A DNA stretch of 62,969 nucleotides, the filler included, from Collodictyon triciliatum (lineage: Eukaryota): NCBI GenBank assembly GCA_043381765.1. It is 4 parts of 4 records of this genome, joined end to end, with 100 filler letters (N's around TTAATTAATTAA, not from the genome) between each part and the next. Parts side by side here need not be neighbours in the genome. Positions count along the whole stretch, not along the records: positions 1 to 13,793 come from JBHJMP010001359.1; positions 13,894 to 32,488 come from JBHJMP010001360.1; positions 32,589 to 51,886 come from JBHJMP010001361.1; 1 more part is not named here. One strand, given 5' to 3'. Made by a program: the position numbers and the translations under genes. A model generated the notes under the pieces. The model had not been told where the DNA came from, did no database searches, and saw nothing but the letters and a program-made list of their open reading frames with translations. Shown here piece after piece: positions 1 through 32,753 of the stretch. Each line of letters starts with the position of its first letter. The first letter of the stretch is position 1.

Positions 1-61
<61 letters not shown>

Positions 62-164
62 CAAGAAAAAAAATGTTGTGAATGGACCAGTATCTGGTTT
101 CTTTGGATATTGTGCATTAAATGATATGAAGCAGAAGCAGAAGCAAAATATTAATTAGATTAGG

Positions 165-1477
165 TAAAAACGTCACAAATAATTGCACCCGTGAGAGAAT
201 CATTTTCGGACGACTTTCAGGGTATTAATATAATGAAAAAGAATATATTAACAAGAAAAAAAATGGTTGTAGGTGATTCCGTTAAAATCAGCAGGGTTGA
301 GCAATTACTTCGAGGTGAGTTTAATCAAACATAACGTAACTTTAAAGCATACAGGACTCACTACCCACATTCCACGAATAAAAAGAGAGGAAGAGAATCT
401 CACGATAGTGGCAGCCTCACTCAATCACCCCCCACAAATCAATGAGACGAAACAAACAACCGCACTGGCTCATCCCTGATGTCTCCAATACAGAGAGAGA
501 AGAGCAACGCGGAAATAAACACATATCGTGAGCGCAACAGTGGAGACTAACGAGACCAAATGCTACCAAAGTGGCTGGGTATTTGCTTGCACATATCAAA
601 GGGGAAAAAAGCGAAATAATAGTATTTATATGAGCCTTCTTCTTCATCTTCTCCCAAGCCCCTATTGTTGCCATCCCCTGTTACTCAAGGGAGATTCGTT
701 TGTTGTGGTTTTCCTTTGTATTGTTCTCGTGTCATCATGTTATTCTATTTTAAAAATGGGTTTTATATTTCTGGTTTGTTTGTCCTTGCTTTTTGTTGTT
801 GTTGTTGTTGTTGTTGTTTTAACCAGTTGTTTGTTTTCCAAGGCTTTTCGGCCTTCTGCAAGCATCAACCGAATTTGCCCTCCAGTGCACTTGTGTGGTT
901 TGCTATTCTCGCCCGATTGCGTTCCGAACGAAACGTATATAGCGGGTGTGGGCAGGCTTTATGGAAAATATGGTGTATGTGCCAGTGGCCAATAGGCTGT
1001 GATTATGGGTGCGGCGTTCCCGATGGAACGACATTTGCATCCCTCAAAATGGATGGAGGAAAAATTTCCTTCTTTGGACAGACTTGCATTGTGGTTATGT
1101 TGTGTGGGCATATTACCGACTAGTGTACATTATTTGATTGTAAATTCATACAAATTTTGTTATTTATTGGTACTGTACAATTATGTAATGAATGAAATTA
1201 GATATATGATAATTTCCACATATACTTTACAACTGTGGAGAATATGGGTGCGATGCGATTCGCTTTGCCCCCGAGGGTATGTCGGCGACGCGTGTTTCAC
1301 CTTGGCTCTATCTTTATTTTTCGGCTCACGAAAAGGTGCGATGGAGCAATTAAGCAGAGAATATCCTCGCTCCTTAATCTGAAGGATAAGGTAGCGCTGT
1401 TGCATTTTCCCTTCGCTCAGTTCGACGATGACGAGGAGGCACCATCGCTTTCGGCTTGTTTCCGCTTCTCCTGCTGA
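165..1477 (+). CDS. 3' part of an unidentified spliced gene (5' end outside the window)
   Basis: GC-richer blocks bounded by ag|...|gt (e.g. 272-314 ending gtgagt; 843-933 FSAFCKHQPNLPSSALVWFAILARLRSERN; 996-1093 AVIMGAAFPMERHLHPSKWMEEKFPSLDRLALW). No family recognised; last exon frame ambiguous. Confidence 0.35.
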
Positions 1478-3730
1478 AGGAGACGGAAATGGTTCTTGAG
1501 AGGGGCCCAACATTTGAAGTAGTCCTTATCTACCCTCTCTGACGTTTCGGCGAACGGGGTCAATGAAACCATATAAGTTGTCTCGAACATAAACGCCATC
1601 GTCCCGTCAGCCACGCGTCCGGGCTTTAATTCAGCCTTTTGTATGATGAATCAAGTCTAGTCAGGCACACGCTAAACGGGGGTGTAAGGCTATAGGGCTC
1701 TGGCAATGTGGGAGATGCCGTGCCTGTTCGAGATTATATCTCACATTCACTCTTTCAAAACAACGGCGCATACCTTGGAGGCCCCTTCGAATGTCACAGC
1801 GTCGGGTCCATGTGGGCTCATGCAGGAGTGCAAGCTGGCCCCGCCTGGAAGGAAAGCGCCTTGTTTCGCTTCGTAGTTTCCATGGATGAGGCCCATGAAC
1901 TCGGACATGACGTTGCGGTGGTAGTATGGCGGACGGAACGTATTTTCGGCAACACTCCATCGTGGGGGAAAGATGACAAAGTCAGCGACAGCAACTCCAG
2001 GTTCCAAGGAAGGGCATGTCAAAACGGTGAATATCGATGGGTCCTATAATATCCCAAACAACCACGTTGATTGGGTGGATATAATCTGTGAGTAGATATA
2101 GGTGGTGATATTGACAAAAAGTATGAAACAAACGTATATTTTCATTTTCTTCGTTCAAAAAAGAAATCAATCAGTTGCGCACCAAGTGGTCAAAGCTGAC
2201 TGTATTCACTACACAAAACTTGGCCAAGTCGTATTTGTAAGGATAGTAGTTCCCATGCCAGGCGACTACATTGAACGGAGAGAATGTTTGCTTTGCGGAA
2301 AAGAACTTGCCCAGATACTTGTGAATGATTTGGTAGTCCCCATCCAAATCCTCAAACGCAGCAACAGGAGCCAGGAAATCGCGGGGATTGGCGAGTCCGT
2401 TTGCACCTAGCATTCGAGAGAGTTATTAATATACTCTAATAAACTGTTCCATTATTGCAAAGATTATTATAGTCATTGACTTACCGATGGGGCCCAAATC
2501 AGGTATCTTGAAATGGCTATTGTAAACCTCCAAGACATATCCGCGGGAGTCCCCGTCTGGGAGGGCGATAGAGAAGCGGATTCCTCGAGGGATGATGCAT
2601 ATTTCATTGGGCTGAACATATAAGCGACCAAACTCGGTCATTATGTCCAAGTCACCCTGCTGCGGAACAATCAGGAAGTCTCCATCGGCATTCGCGAGAG
2701 CGCGTTGATTCATACTGCTGTTTGCTGTGTAAACGTGAATGGCCAAGCCGCACTTGGTTTGAGCAGATCCCGCGCCGCAGACAGTTTTCAGGCCTTGGAC
2801 AAAGTCCACTGTCTCGCCTGCCTTTGGCAGTTCAAATGGGAGCCAGCGGAGCTGGTTCGGATTCACAATGCTAGAGCCGAAGTCATTGACAACAAGGGTT
2901 GAGGCACCTTCCTCGAGTAACTGGAATGGCTCATGGCGAACAGCAGGCAGTGTGCGATAAACCCAGCTGAAAGTTAGTTAGATTTTCCGTGGTATGATTA
3001 CATTAGCCAATCAGATTTTGCAGGAGGCAAAAAAGAAAAGAAAAGAAAAGAAAAGAAAAGAAAAGAAAAGAAAAGAAAAGAAAAGAAAAGAAAAGAAAAG
3101 AAAAGAAAAGAAAAGAAAAGAAAAGAAAAGAAGAGAAAAAGAAAAAGAAAAAAGAGGGAGAGATAAAACAGGACAAGAAAACCTAAACATAACGAAAGAT
3201 TTTGTAGACTTTGAAGTTGACACATAGGTATTATTTGTATGAATAATTGATAACCGGGTGTGGTATAATGGGATTCATCATAAAGTGACACAAACAAAGA
3301 AAACACCTGCGAATGTTACTGTGTCGTGGAGCTGTGAACGCAGACCCACTGATTTGCTCTGCGTAGAGACCCAATGGGCACACTTGAGGTGTGTTTTGCA
3401 CGGCTGGCAGAGAACCTGAGGGCCAAAAAGATCGTTTAATCAAACGAGAGCGGCGTCTGTTGCGTCAAATATTCATCCAAAAAAACTTCACCTGTTGAAG
3501 TGTATATTTTATATTTGTTAGATATTATATTACAAAATATCATAAAGCTCATCAAACAGCTTTTGACTATGGATACTGTGAAGACAGCACGGAGTAAAAT
3601 GAAAGTGTATAAATAATATCGACGATATATAACAAAGGAAAAGAATGTTGTCAGCACCTGGGATGGCTTCGCTACAAAAGTGGTTGCCAAAACCTTCCAG
3701 GTATTTCAAGTCCTTTGGCGGCGGGGCCAT
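1417..3730 (-). CDS. HGD: homogentisate 1,2-dioxygenase
   Basis: Six exons splice in frame with GT-AG introns: [48 protein letters not shown]...SWVYR...PNQLRW...[18 protein letters not shown]...[18 protein letters not shown]...[13 protein letters not shown]...[17 protein letters not shown]...[10 protein letters not shown]...AFMFE. Fe-binding H/E/H residues present. Confidence 0.97.
3031..3130. repeat. (AAAAG)n microsatellite in HGD intron
   Basis: Perfect pentamer array, explains spurious poly-K and poly-F/S ORFs. Confidence 0.95.
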
Positions 3731-4159
3731 GGCGGTATTCTTTTTTTTCTGTTTCCTACGCGCAGCAATGAGAAGTGTTTGGTCAAACCGATCGTTGCAG
3801 TCTGTCGTACGTTCCCACAGAAGCGATCGAACAAAATGATGAGCCTCACAGGCGCTCAGTTTTCAGGCTCGCAATGCTCAGATACCGCGGGTTTCGCAGC
3901 CGAAGTTTAGAGAGCAACGCTAGTGTTTGGATCTGGTTTTCAACTTAAATGGTGGCGCAGAATGTGACGACGACGTTTCGAATATTTTGTCAAATGGATC
4001 AGTCTCAATCTATTGCTTATTGTGCCAATATTGATGAAAATCCACATATGTGCTAGTGACCACACGCACCCATATTTGATTAAAAGTGTCTCTAGTGACA
4101 TTATAATGTACAATATTATTTATATGATACATGGCTCATGATGACTATCCCAGAAAAGT

Positions 4160-4681
4160 ATGATGCACGCTGAGCTTGATTATGCTCCCAACAGACTCAG
4201 CGCGTCTGACATCCTGTTTGGCTTACAATACCAAATGACCCACGACTCTAGAATACTCTGGGCAGTCACAAGGGGACATATGCTGTGGTCCTTATGGAGT
4301 GTGCATGCATTCTCTCGCTCTAATGAGTCACCCGAACGAGAAATCAATGTATCCAGGCTTGAAAGCCTCGTGCAATACAGCTTCCTGAACAGCCTGCTGA
4401 AACACACCCGCATTCTTCGCTACTCTGACCGCAAGCGAAGAGAGGTGTGGGAATGTGTCGTGCGATATCTCCCACAGCATACTCAACCCCTGCTACCCAC
4501 GCAACCAATCAGCCAGTTGGGTCGCCCACCTGACCAACTCTTTTTCATTGATTTTTTCCAGCGCTACCCTCTCCGCGGTAGTGTCTTCTCCTACTCGCGT
4601 TTGCTCTCTCCCATGCGCTCCCATCCCGCCCCCTTGTATGGCATAACCTCACTGCACTTTGAATCGAATAAAGGAAAAAAA
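4160..4681 (+). mobile_element. 5'-truncated non-LTR retrotransposon (L1/Tx1-like ORF2 C-terminus plus 3' end with A tail)
   Basis: Intronless GC-richer ORF LSASDILFGL...ILWAVTRGHMLWSLWSVH resembles the Trp-rich tail of L1/Tx1 ORF2; ends CATAACCTCACTGCACTTTGAATCGAATAAAGG-A7, the same terminus as TSD-flanked stubs at 15482 and 16504. Confidence 0.65.
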
Positions 4682-4798
4682 TGCAATATAAAAATAGAAT
4701 TAACTAGATAAGTCGTATGAGTTCCTTCATTTTATGCCCTGAAATAATGTGAGATACTTCGACGTAAAAAAAAAAATCAATTAATTAACATATATCAA

Positions 4799-6311
4799 TC
4801 ATTTTGCACTTGTTGTCTGTTCAATGTTTCCAGTGCTCCTGATTGGAGAGGGCGATTTTCGTGCTGATGTAAGGACTTTTGCACTGATGGACTCCTGTCT
4901 AGGTGGTTGTGACTTGGAAGTAATCGCCTCTGCTTTAGACGAAGACGAAGATGACGAAGTTGGAGGTTTTCCTCTACTTTGTGGTTTGGAGGGGTTGGAG
5001 TTTTCTAAGCTCGAAGTAGTGTCCCTTGTTGACAATTCAGCGTCAAGAGAAACCAACGAGGCGTTCCTGCTAATCCCTGGGAGAGACGGTTTTCTCAAAG
5101 ACGAGCCAATCATTGGTGCGGTTTCCGCGGCGGGTGTCTGATGAAATAAGTTTAGAAGCATGTGTCCGATTGCATTTACATCCTACGACTTGTGACTCAA
5201 GTACGATGAACATACATGCATTTTCCCAGCGATTGAAAAATGACAGAACAAAGAGGAAAGTGTGTTGAATAATGGACAAATCGATGAAATCATTATATTC
5301 GCGGTAATAATCAAACTCATAATCGGATAAAAAGTGAAAACACACCCGTTCAGCCTCATTTCGCGAACTGGAGCGACTAGACTTGGGGCGTCCCAAGTCG
5401 ATTGTGCGTTCTTGGGAATCAGAACCTCTTACACGCAACCGCGAACCTATAATTAATGCATTTGCCATTCGTGTCTCAAACTCTATTTGTTTAATCTTGG
5501 ACTGCTCTTCAAGGATTCGAAGTCTATCAAGGAGGCTGTTTGCCGTTTGTTGCAAATGTGTTGCATTTTCACTGAGTAGATTCATATGAGCACGTATTCT
5601 CTTCGACTCTTCTATGCATGTCGACCTTTCTTCCTCTTCCAGCCTCAATCTTTCCATGACTTTATGCACCCTTCCATCATCCTCATCACTTTCTGCCCCG
5701 TCCTCATCATTTTCTTCGTCCTCATTATTGCTTGCTTCGTCTTCATCGTATTCTCCTTCGTCTCCGTCGATATATTCGTCCCCATTCTCATAATCTTCAT
5801 TAATAATACCATTTTGGAAGCTATTGGAATCTTGCTTTGTTGGTGCTGTTATGTTGAACGTGGATAGTTTTGGCTCTGAAACATCTTGGTGACCGGCAGG
5901 AGGTTGCAACTTCTCGGCGCCTTCAGCAGAACTCACTCCTCTCGAAGTCTTCTTTGACGAGAGTTTTGCTTGTTCCTCAGTTGCAATCTTCTTTTCTGCA
6001 GACGCAGTCCCACTCGACGCAGGGTTAGACGGCATATGGCTTGTAATGGATAGCGGAGTTGTCCCCGCTGCGCTTTTCAGTGTGGAGTCAGTCTTGTTCC
6101 AACTTCCAACAGAAGCCTCGTCTGGATCTAAAGGGAGGCCATAGAAGTCGAGAGTTGACTGTGCAACATTGGCTTTCTGTGTTGCTTCGTCTAAGGGGGA
6201 CGGCTTCTGACTCGTGGCGGGCTCTTTCAGAAGAGATCGCGCCGTTGAAACCTTGTGACCGGGTGCGGCGGCAGGCGCTTTTGTTGAAGGAGAGGGTTTT
6301 CTTGTGCTCAT
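4799..6311 (-). CDS. hypothetical low-complexity, acidic, coiled-coil protein
   Basis: Long exon MSTRKPSPSTK... with D/E tract and heptad-rich segment ends ...NEAER|gtgtgt; cag|ACA CCC at 5137 continues in frame to TGA at 4799; upstream ctacag acceptor suggests a 5' UTR intron. Confidence 0.75.
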
Positions 6312-7110
6312 GGGGTTTCCTCGCTGCCTGTAGAATAAGGGAGTAGGGTCAGAGTCTCGATATAGTTTCTTTTTTTATTTTACTTTATTTTTTGGTTGTT
6401 TTTGCTGTTTTGTTTTGCATTTTTGTTTCTTTTTTTTTTCTTACTATTCTTTCGTTTTTTTTTCTTGGGTATGCCTATTACATGACTGAAAGTGCAACAT
6501 GGTTATGCCGTACAAAGAGGCGAGATAGGAGCGCATGGGAGAGAGCAAACGCGAGTAGGAGAAGACACTACCGTGGAGAGGGTAGCACTGGAAAGAAGTC
6601 AGTGATAGCGAGTTGGTCAGGTGGGCGTCCCAACTGGTTGATTGGTTGCGTGGGTAGCAGGGGTTGGATATGCTGTGGGAGATATCTTACGACACATTCC
6701 CACATATTCACAAAATAATTATTATAAAGAATTATTCACCAATAACTGATACCGGAGAAGGCATGCGTAAGACACCGAAACTGGCAGTATGACAAATTGC
6801 CATCCACTCCTAATCCTACATATTATGTAATATTTGCATTATGTAATATCTCTGTGGCATACATTAAGTCAGCGACGTCTGATAGCGTGTTATTGACATA
6901 TCCTAGTTTATTATTTCTCTTAAGAAAAGACGTTTTTGATTATTTATATGATTTTATTCTGCTTAACAAATGTATTTTACAAATAGTCTTTAAAATTTGC
7001 AGAAATCTAAAAGCGACTTATCAAAATAAATTTTTAATGAATTGAGATAGCTGACCTGGGGTTAGTGTATTTTCACTTATGCTGACGTTGTTTTTCCAGC
7101 AAGAACTGTA

Positions 7111-12795
<5,685 letters not shown>

Positions 12796-13157
12796 CCAAT
12801 CATCCATATGCTTCTTTTTTCTTTCTTTCTATCTTTCAATGTCTTTCCTTTAGTATTCCATCGTTTATTTTCACGATTCTATTCCGGAAGAGGCTTCCGT
12901 TTTTTTCACTTTCCTATCTCTTTTTTTTTCTCTCTCTTTGTTTTTTAAGCTGATTTGCCTCTGCGAGGTTATCATGCACATCTGACCGCGCCTTCATTTC
13001 AATCCGTGTCCACTTGTGAATAAATCATCTAGCACGCCTCTGCCTTTCAGCAAAACCCTAAGAAAAGGAAAAGAAGCTATCTACTCTGCTCCGTACATCC
13101 TATTCCCCATAAGATCGCACAGAGACAAGAAAGCATCCATCTGCTCTTCGAACCCTT

Positions 13158-13623
13158 TTATTCACCTTCGTTTCGCGGCTGCGGCGCCGCATTTCCCACA
13201 GCCGCCTGCATCTGCTGTATCTGCCGCATGATTTCCTGGGACGACCTCACGTGGTATTCCAACGCAGCGATTAAATCGTCGATGAGCGGCGGCTGATTCG
13301 GCAGGTGGAGAGAGTACGGATTCATGTGATGGGGCAGGGGCGGCCTTTGATTGCGCTGCTCCATCTGCTCGTGGGCAATCTGGTTGATGCGGTCGCGCAG
13401 CAAACGGCGGACTTGGGCGCGGATTTGGTTGCGGCGTGGGCGGTTGATGAGCATGGGTCTGCGGCATGTTGGGCAGAGTTGGTTCTGCTCCATCCACTGG
13501 CGCAGGCAGTGTGCGTGGAACATGTGTCCGCACGGGAGTTTCTTGGCCGTCTCCATCTCGTCTCGGCATATGATGCATGTGCGGTCTGCTGCAGCGAGCT
13601 CCTCCTGTGTCACGTTGTCGAAT
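13158..13623 (-). CDS. HRD1: last exon of HRD1/synoviolin-like RING-H2 E3 ubiquitin ligase (5' part lost at contig end)
   Basis: cag|A TTC GAC...TQEELAAADRTCIICRDEMETAKKLPCGHMFHAHCLRQWMEQNQLCPTCR matches the HRD1/AMFR RING-H2 and preceding T-x-EEL motif. Confidence 0.8.
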
Positions 13624-13749
13624 CTGCCGAATATTGTTGTGTGGGTAGGTGAGTGGATAATTTAATTTATTGGTTTTTCGTCTTTTTGTCTTTCTGTTTT
13701 TTGTTTTTTTTTTGTTTTTTTTGTTTTTTTTGTTTTTTTTGTTTTTTTT

Positions 13750-13793
<44 letters not shown>

Positions 13794-13893
13794 NNNNNNN
13801 NNNNNNNNNNNNNNNNNNNNNNNNNNNNNNNNNNNNNTTAATTAATTAANNNNNNNNNNNNNNNNNNNNNNNNNNNNNNNNNNNNNNNNNNNN
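13794..13893. other. artificial contig linker (N-TTAATTAATTAA-N)
   Basis: 12-mer giving stops in all six frames at 13838-13849 between N runs; identical at 32533 and 51931. Confidence 0.95.
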
Positions 13894-14194
13894 AAAAAAA
13901 AAAAAACAAAAAAAAAAAAAAAAAAACCAAAAAAAACCAAAAAAAACCAAAAAAAACCAAAAAAAACCAAAAAAACCAAAAAAACCAAAAAAACCAAAAA
14001 AACCAAAAAAACCAAAAAAACCAAAGAAGAGCACCGATAAGAAATCAAAAAAAAAAACGAATAACCAAACACACAATTATTCAACTGAGACACAGTCCAA
14101 ATATATCTCGTGGCCTCTTTATTCACATAAACATTTTGACATAGAAATATAACAGTACCTATTTTTCTGCCGTTATTTTTCATTTCGAAATTAG

Positions 14195-22838
<8,644 letters not shown>

Positions 22839-23125
22839 CCATCGCTTTTGGTCGGCAGCATATTAAACAATACACACTGCTTCATTTCATCCAGAAGCCA
22901 CAATAAAATAAAATCAAGTAATTATTATTAATAATAATATTATTTACAGAAAAAAGAAGAAGATAATTTAAAATGTTCCTGACATATTCCTCATGTAACT
23001 GGTGATTGATGTGAGAAATAGAGAAAAAAATATTGGGTTAGTTAATTCTTTATTTCTGAGAAGAGAAAGAAAGAAGAAAGGCGGAATCAGAACCGTAAAT
23101 TGAATGTAATATTGTTGCCAATAAG

Positions 23126-26100
23126 TTAGCGTTTTGATTTATCGCGATGGCGGTATGAATCTCTTTCCCTTCGGTCATTATCTCTTTCTCTTTCTCTTTC
23201 TCTTTCTCTTTCTCTTTCTCTTTCTCTTTCTCTTTCTCTTTCTCTTTCTCTATCTCTATCTTTCTCCTTCCCTCTTCCTCTCTCACCATCGCCTCTCCGA
23301 TCTTTTTCTTTCTCGCGGCTGTGGTGCCCATCCCTGTCACGACCCTTATCACGGTCTGAATCGCGGCTCTTCTTCTCTAATTGTTTTGACCTTTCTTTGT
23401 CTTTCTCTTTGTGGTGTTTTAAGCCTAATATATATCAAAATGTTAAGATTAACAATCCTGCAAAAATGAAAATGGCGAATGGCGTAATATTATAAAATAA
23501 AAAAAGTTGACTGTAATACCAGGTTTGGATTGCTCCTCGTCATCATCGAATACTAGTTTGTAGCTTATTGATGATAAAAAGTGTGAATCACACATATGAT
23601 TTTTTAAAAAACAAACAAATCGAGAAAAATAAGAATATGTATCCCATTAGTTTTCCTTCCAAAAAGCCATATTATATTAATTGATAGGATTTCATTGCAC
23701 TCACTCGTCATTCGCGCCACGTTTTTCTTTTAATTGCAACGTGTTTGGCCTCTCCTTTTCATTTACCGATGCTTTATGTTGTGTAGTAATAGTTATTGGA
23801 ATGAGAGGCCACATGAGGTAAAACAACGACATGGTGATAAATATGTATGTGTATGTGTATATGTGTGAACAAATATAAAAACTTTACAACTTTTGGGAAC
23901 TATTATTCAATCACATTCATTTTTACATACTTAGCTTCCGAAAGTTCATCCAGCCCAGTTTGGCGACAGACTGACTGAAATCTACGTGTATTCTTCTGTC
24001 ATCAATAAGAACATTGTCCATGCGGAAGTAAGCAGCTTCACACTAAATAGTTCAGGGGAATAACGGAGATAAGTAAGTAGATGAGAAACATGTCAGTGTT
24101 TTGACCTTATCTTTACATTATTTTTTTCTAAGGGTGTCCTTTATTTATTAAGAAAATCGGTATTAACATTTAATTCCAGTGAAAACCTGCTGAGCTGTTT
24201 CGAATTCAATAAATGCATAGCAAAGAGAGTCACCAGTTTTTTTGTCTCGAATGACTTCACAGCTTTATTATGTATGCCCAATCAACCATGAGTAAAAAAT
24301 AAAATAAAAAATTATGAGCAATTAGTGTATATGATGTATGTGCGGCTGATAAAAATATACAAAAAACCTCATCTCGGTTATATACAAATAAATAGCATTT
24401 TCAATTATATCTTATTTTCAGTAACCTCAGAATTTTTCCAAAGCGGCCGAATATAATTTCAAGGTCATCCTCCTGCGTAACTGGATTTAGCTTGCAAACA
24501 AAAAGCACATTTTCTGCAGGTTTAATGTCGGCATCAGGAATATCGCCGATCTGTATAAGTTAATGTGTGTTAACACCGTAATGTAATTGTAAAAGTTACA
24601 ATTATTTCCTAAACACCAGTTGAAAATGATGATATACATACATAAAAAAACAACAACAGTGAAAACAAACATTCACTATCCTGCACAAAATTGAAAGAAA
24701 AAGATAAAAAAAAAACAGTGAAAACAAACAAACAGAGAACAAAATCAACCACCAATACAAACAAAAGCGATATCCATATAACGAAGCATGAAGAAATAAG
24801 TGGACTCAATGCCCTAGACTCACCATTTCCAAGACTTGAGCACTAGATTGTGCCTGGCTTTTCCTAATAGACTCTTCAATTTCTTGTTCAGTGCGACCGT
24901 CATTCTGTGAAATCGGCTCATCTTCTTCTAGGCCGTTCATCTTGCATGTATATTTGATGGATGTTATTAGGATAAAAATTATACCCAATTTGACATATCA
25001 TAATGGGCTCGGGAGATGCCTCTAGATGATGTAATACAAACTCCAAGATGGCTTAGCTGTAACAAACCATTTCCTTTGTTAGGACAGGAGAAGTAGGTGG
25101 GATGGGCAAGTTGGGCGGGTCATCAAAAGGATCGTCCAGTATGATGGTATGCTTGATTCTGTCAGGCAACGTTTAACAATAATAACAATAATAACAATAA
25201 TAACAATAATAACAATAATAACAATAATAACAATAATAACAATAATAACAATAATAACAATAATAACAATAATAAGATGTCATTCAAAATGGCATTTGCA
25301 ATCGATTGAGTTAATTTTGATGATTATAGAGATATTTTCATAAACTTAAACATGAAAAAAAGAAAGGAAATGTATTAGGATAAATTAAACTTAAAAATTT
25401 ACACACCTCAGATTGCGAAGTGGACGATTGTCTTCGTCTACAAAGATTTCGTTGATCTCCTCCAATACCTCCAAACCCTCTGATACTTCTCCAAATATCG
25501 TATGCTTTTCGTCCATGTAGGATAAATTTGGTGACAATGTAAAATAGAACTAAGATTGAAAAAGAAAGAAGGAAAACGATTAAGGTGTTGCAAACTAACA
25601 AATCCAGCAAGTTACAATCATGAAATGTTACATCTATACTTGAAATACGAACCTGCGATGCATTTTTGTTTGGCCCGGTATTTGCCATGGCGATAAGTCC
25701 GACTTTGTCATGTTTCAACTGTGCCCTGATTTCATCTTCGAAGAATCGAGCCTGGTCTCCATATAGCACACTGTACATGAATTGAACGCGTCGGTAATAA
25801 GAATATAATATAATACAATACAATACAATACAATACAATACAATACAATACAATACAATACAATACAATACAATACAATACAATACAATACAATACAATA
25901 CAATACAATACAAAAATTGCGCTAAAAAGAAAAAGAGAGAAAAAGAGAAAAAAAGAGGGAAAAAAAGAGGGAAAAAAAGAGGGAAAAAAAGAGGAAAAAA
26001 AAAAGAGAAAAAGAGAAACAAAGAATGTTACCCGTCAATCGACGATCCTCCGTGACCAGTATTTGTAGGATCACCCGTTTGTGCAACGAAGTTCTTCTGC

Positions 26101-26234
26101 ACCTGAGTAAAAAGGACATTGTTGTAGTACTTGATCTTGCACAGCTTCAGAAAGTTCCTGGCAGCCCTCGGGCACTCGTCGACGTAAAGATCGACAGTGA
26201 TGTCTCCTTTGCTCGTCTGCAAAATCACGGCCAT
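23126..26234 (-). CDS. PPIL4: peptidyl-prolyl isomerase-like 4 (cyclophilin + RRM + RE/RD-rich tail)
   Basis: [16 protein letters not shown]...[12 protein letters not shown]...[87 protein letters not shown]; (TTTCTC)n encodes RE repeats; stop at 23126. Confidence 0.96.
25178..25912. repeat. (ACAATAATA)n at 25178-25275 and (CAATA)n at 25813-25912 in PPIL4 introns
   Basis: Perfect direct arrays lying between spliced exons. Confidence 0.9.
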
Positions 26235-26456
26235 ACTTGTTTCCCTACAGCTTGGCCAGTGAGAAGCAGAACACAAACCTATCTTCTCTCTCTTTTTCTC
26301 CTTCTTCCTCTGCCTGTGGTTATGCACATCAGCACTGCGCTCCTCTGCCTCTCGTCTTTCTCTCTCCAAGGCACAGAGGCACATGAAAGCAGTGGCGATG
26401 TAGAACAGGTTTGGAAGTCTTCGCGTTTTCATTCATTTATCTATTCCTTCGCGACC

Positions 26457-26504
<48 letters not shown>

Positions 26505-26618
26505 ATGACTGTGAGAGGAAGTTGTGGTTGGTGCGTGTCTCGTGCGTGAGTCTTTATTTGATCCAAAACATCGTGATGCGAAAAGGGCGTGATGTTTGCG
26601 GAGATGTCCGGAAGAGAC

Positions 26619-31878
<5,260 letters not shown>

Positions 31879-32446
31879 TTATTTTCTCTTCACCTTTTAT
31901 GTTTCCAACGATTTTTTTTTTAAAAAAAAACAATTAATCTTTCTAGCAGTCGGCTGCCTTTTGAATACATATGTGTGGTTTGCTAAGCTTGCCCTTCCGC
32001 GTTGTTTTTACAATCAGCGCCTTCGTCTTTTTTCCTACCTTTTATGATACATGATTTTTTGTTTTTTTATTGTAATCTTTTCACTTCCCTTTTTTTTGTG
32101 TGTGTGTGTGTGGTGTGTGTGTGTGTGTGAGATTGATTTCTGGATTACCTTGGGCTAATCTTTTGTGTCCCCACAGCGAATTTTAGGCGAAAGCAGAGTT
32201 CAAAAAAGAGGATTAAATGTGGAATTTATAGTTTCGATGGCATTTAAGCGGTACTATCAACTTTTTTTCTTTTTTTAACTGAAATTACCTCTGCCAGACA
32301 GCATTCCGTTCTGTTCATACACGAATGTCGCAGGCGCAGCAAATAGAAAAGGGACGCAAAAAGAGGTGGCAGGTCGCGCAAAAAGCAGCTCGTACCAAAA
32401 AGCAGTTGCAAATATATGATCCAGCAAAAGGATGCTCGCGCGGACA

Positions 32447-32488
<42 letters not shown>

Positions 32489-32588
32489 NNNNNNNNNNNN
32501 NNNNNNNNNNNNNNNNNNNNNNNNNNNNNNNNTTAATTAATTAANNNNNNNNNNNNNNNNNNNNNNNNNNNNNNNNNNNNNNNNNNNN
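32489..32588. other. artificial contig linker
   Basis: N-TTAATTAATTAA-N with the 12-mer at 32533-32544. Confidence 0.95.
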
Positions 32589-32753
32589 TTTTTTTTGCTT
32601 TGTTTTTTTTGCTTTTGTTTTTGTTTTTGTTTTTGTTTTTGTTTTTGTTTTTGTTTTTGTTTTTGTTTTTGTTTTTGTTTTTGTTTTTGTTTTTAAAAAA
32701 AATAGAACAAAGGTTGAGGCATCAAGCGGTTAAGTAAAATTAAACTTAGTGAC

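Noticed and set aside
13838-13849. Palindromic TTAATTAATTAA repeated three times between N runs
   Set aside because: Artificial six-frame-stop linker joining contigs, not biological.
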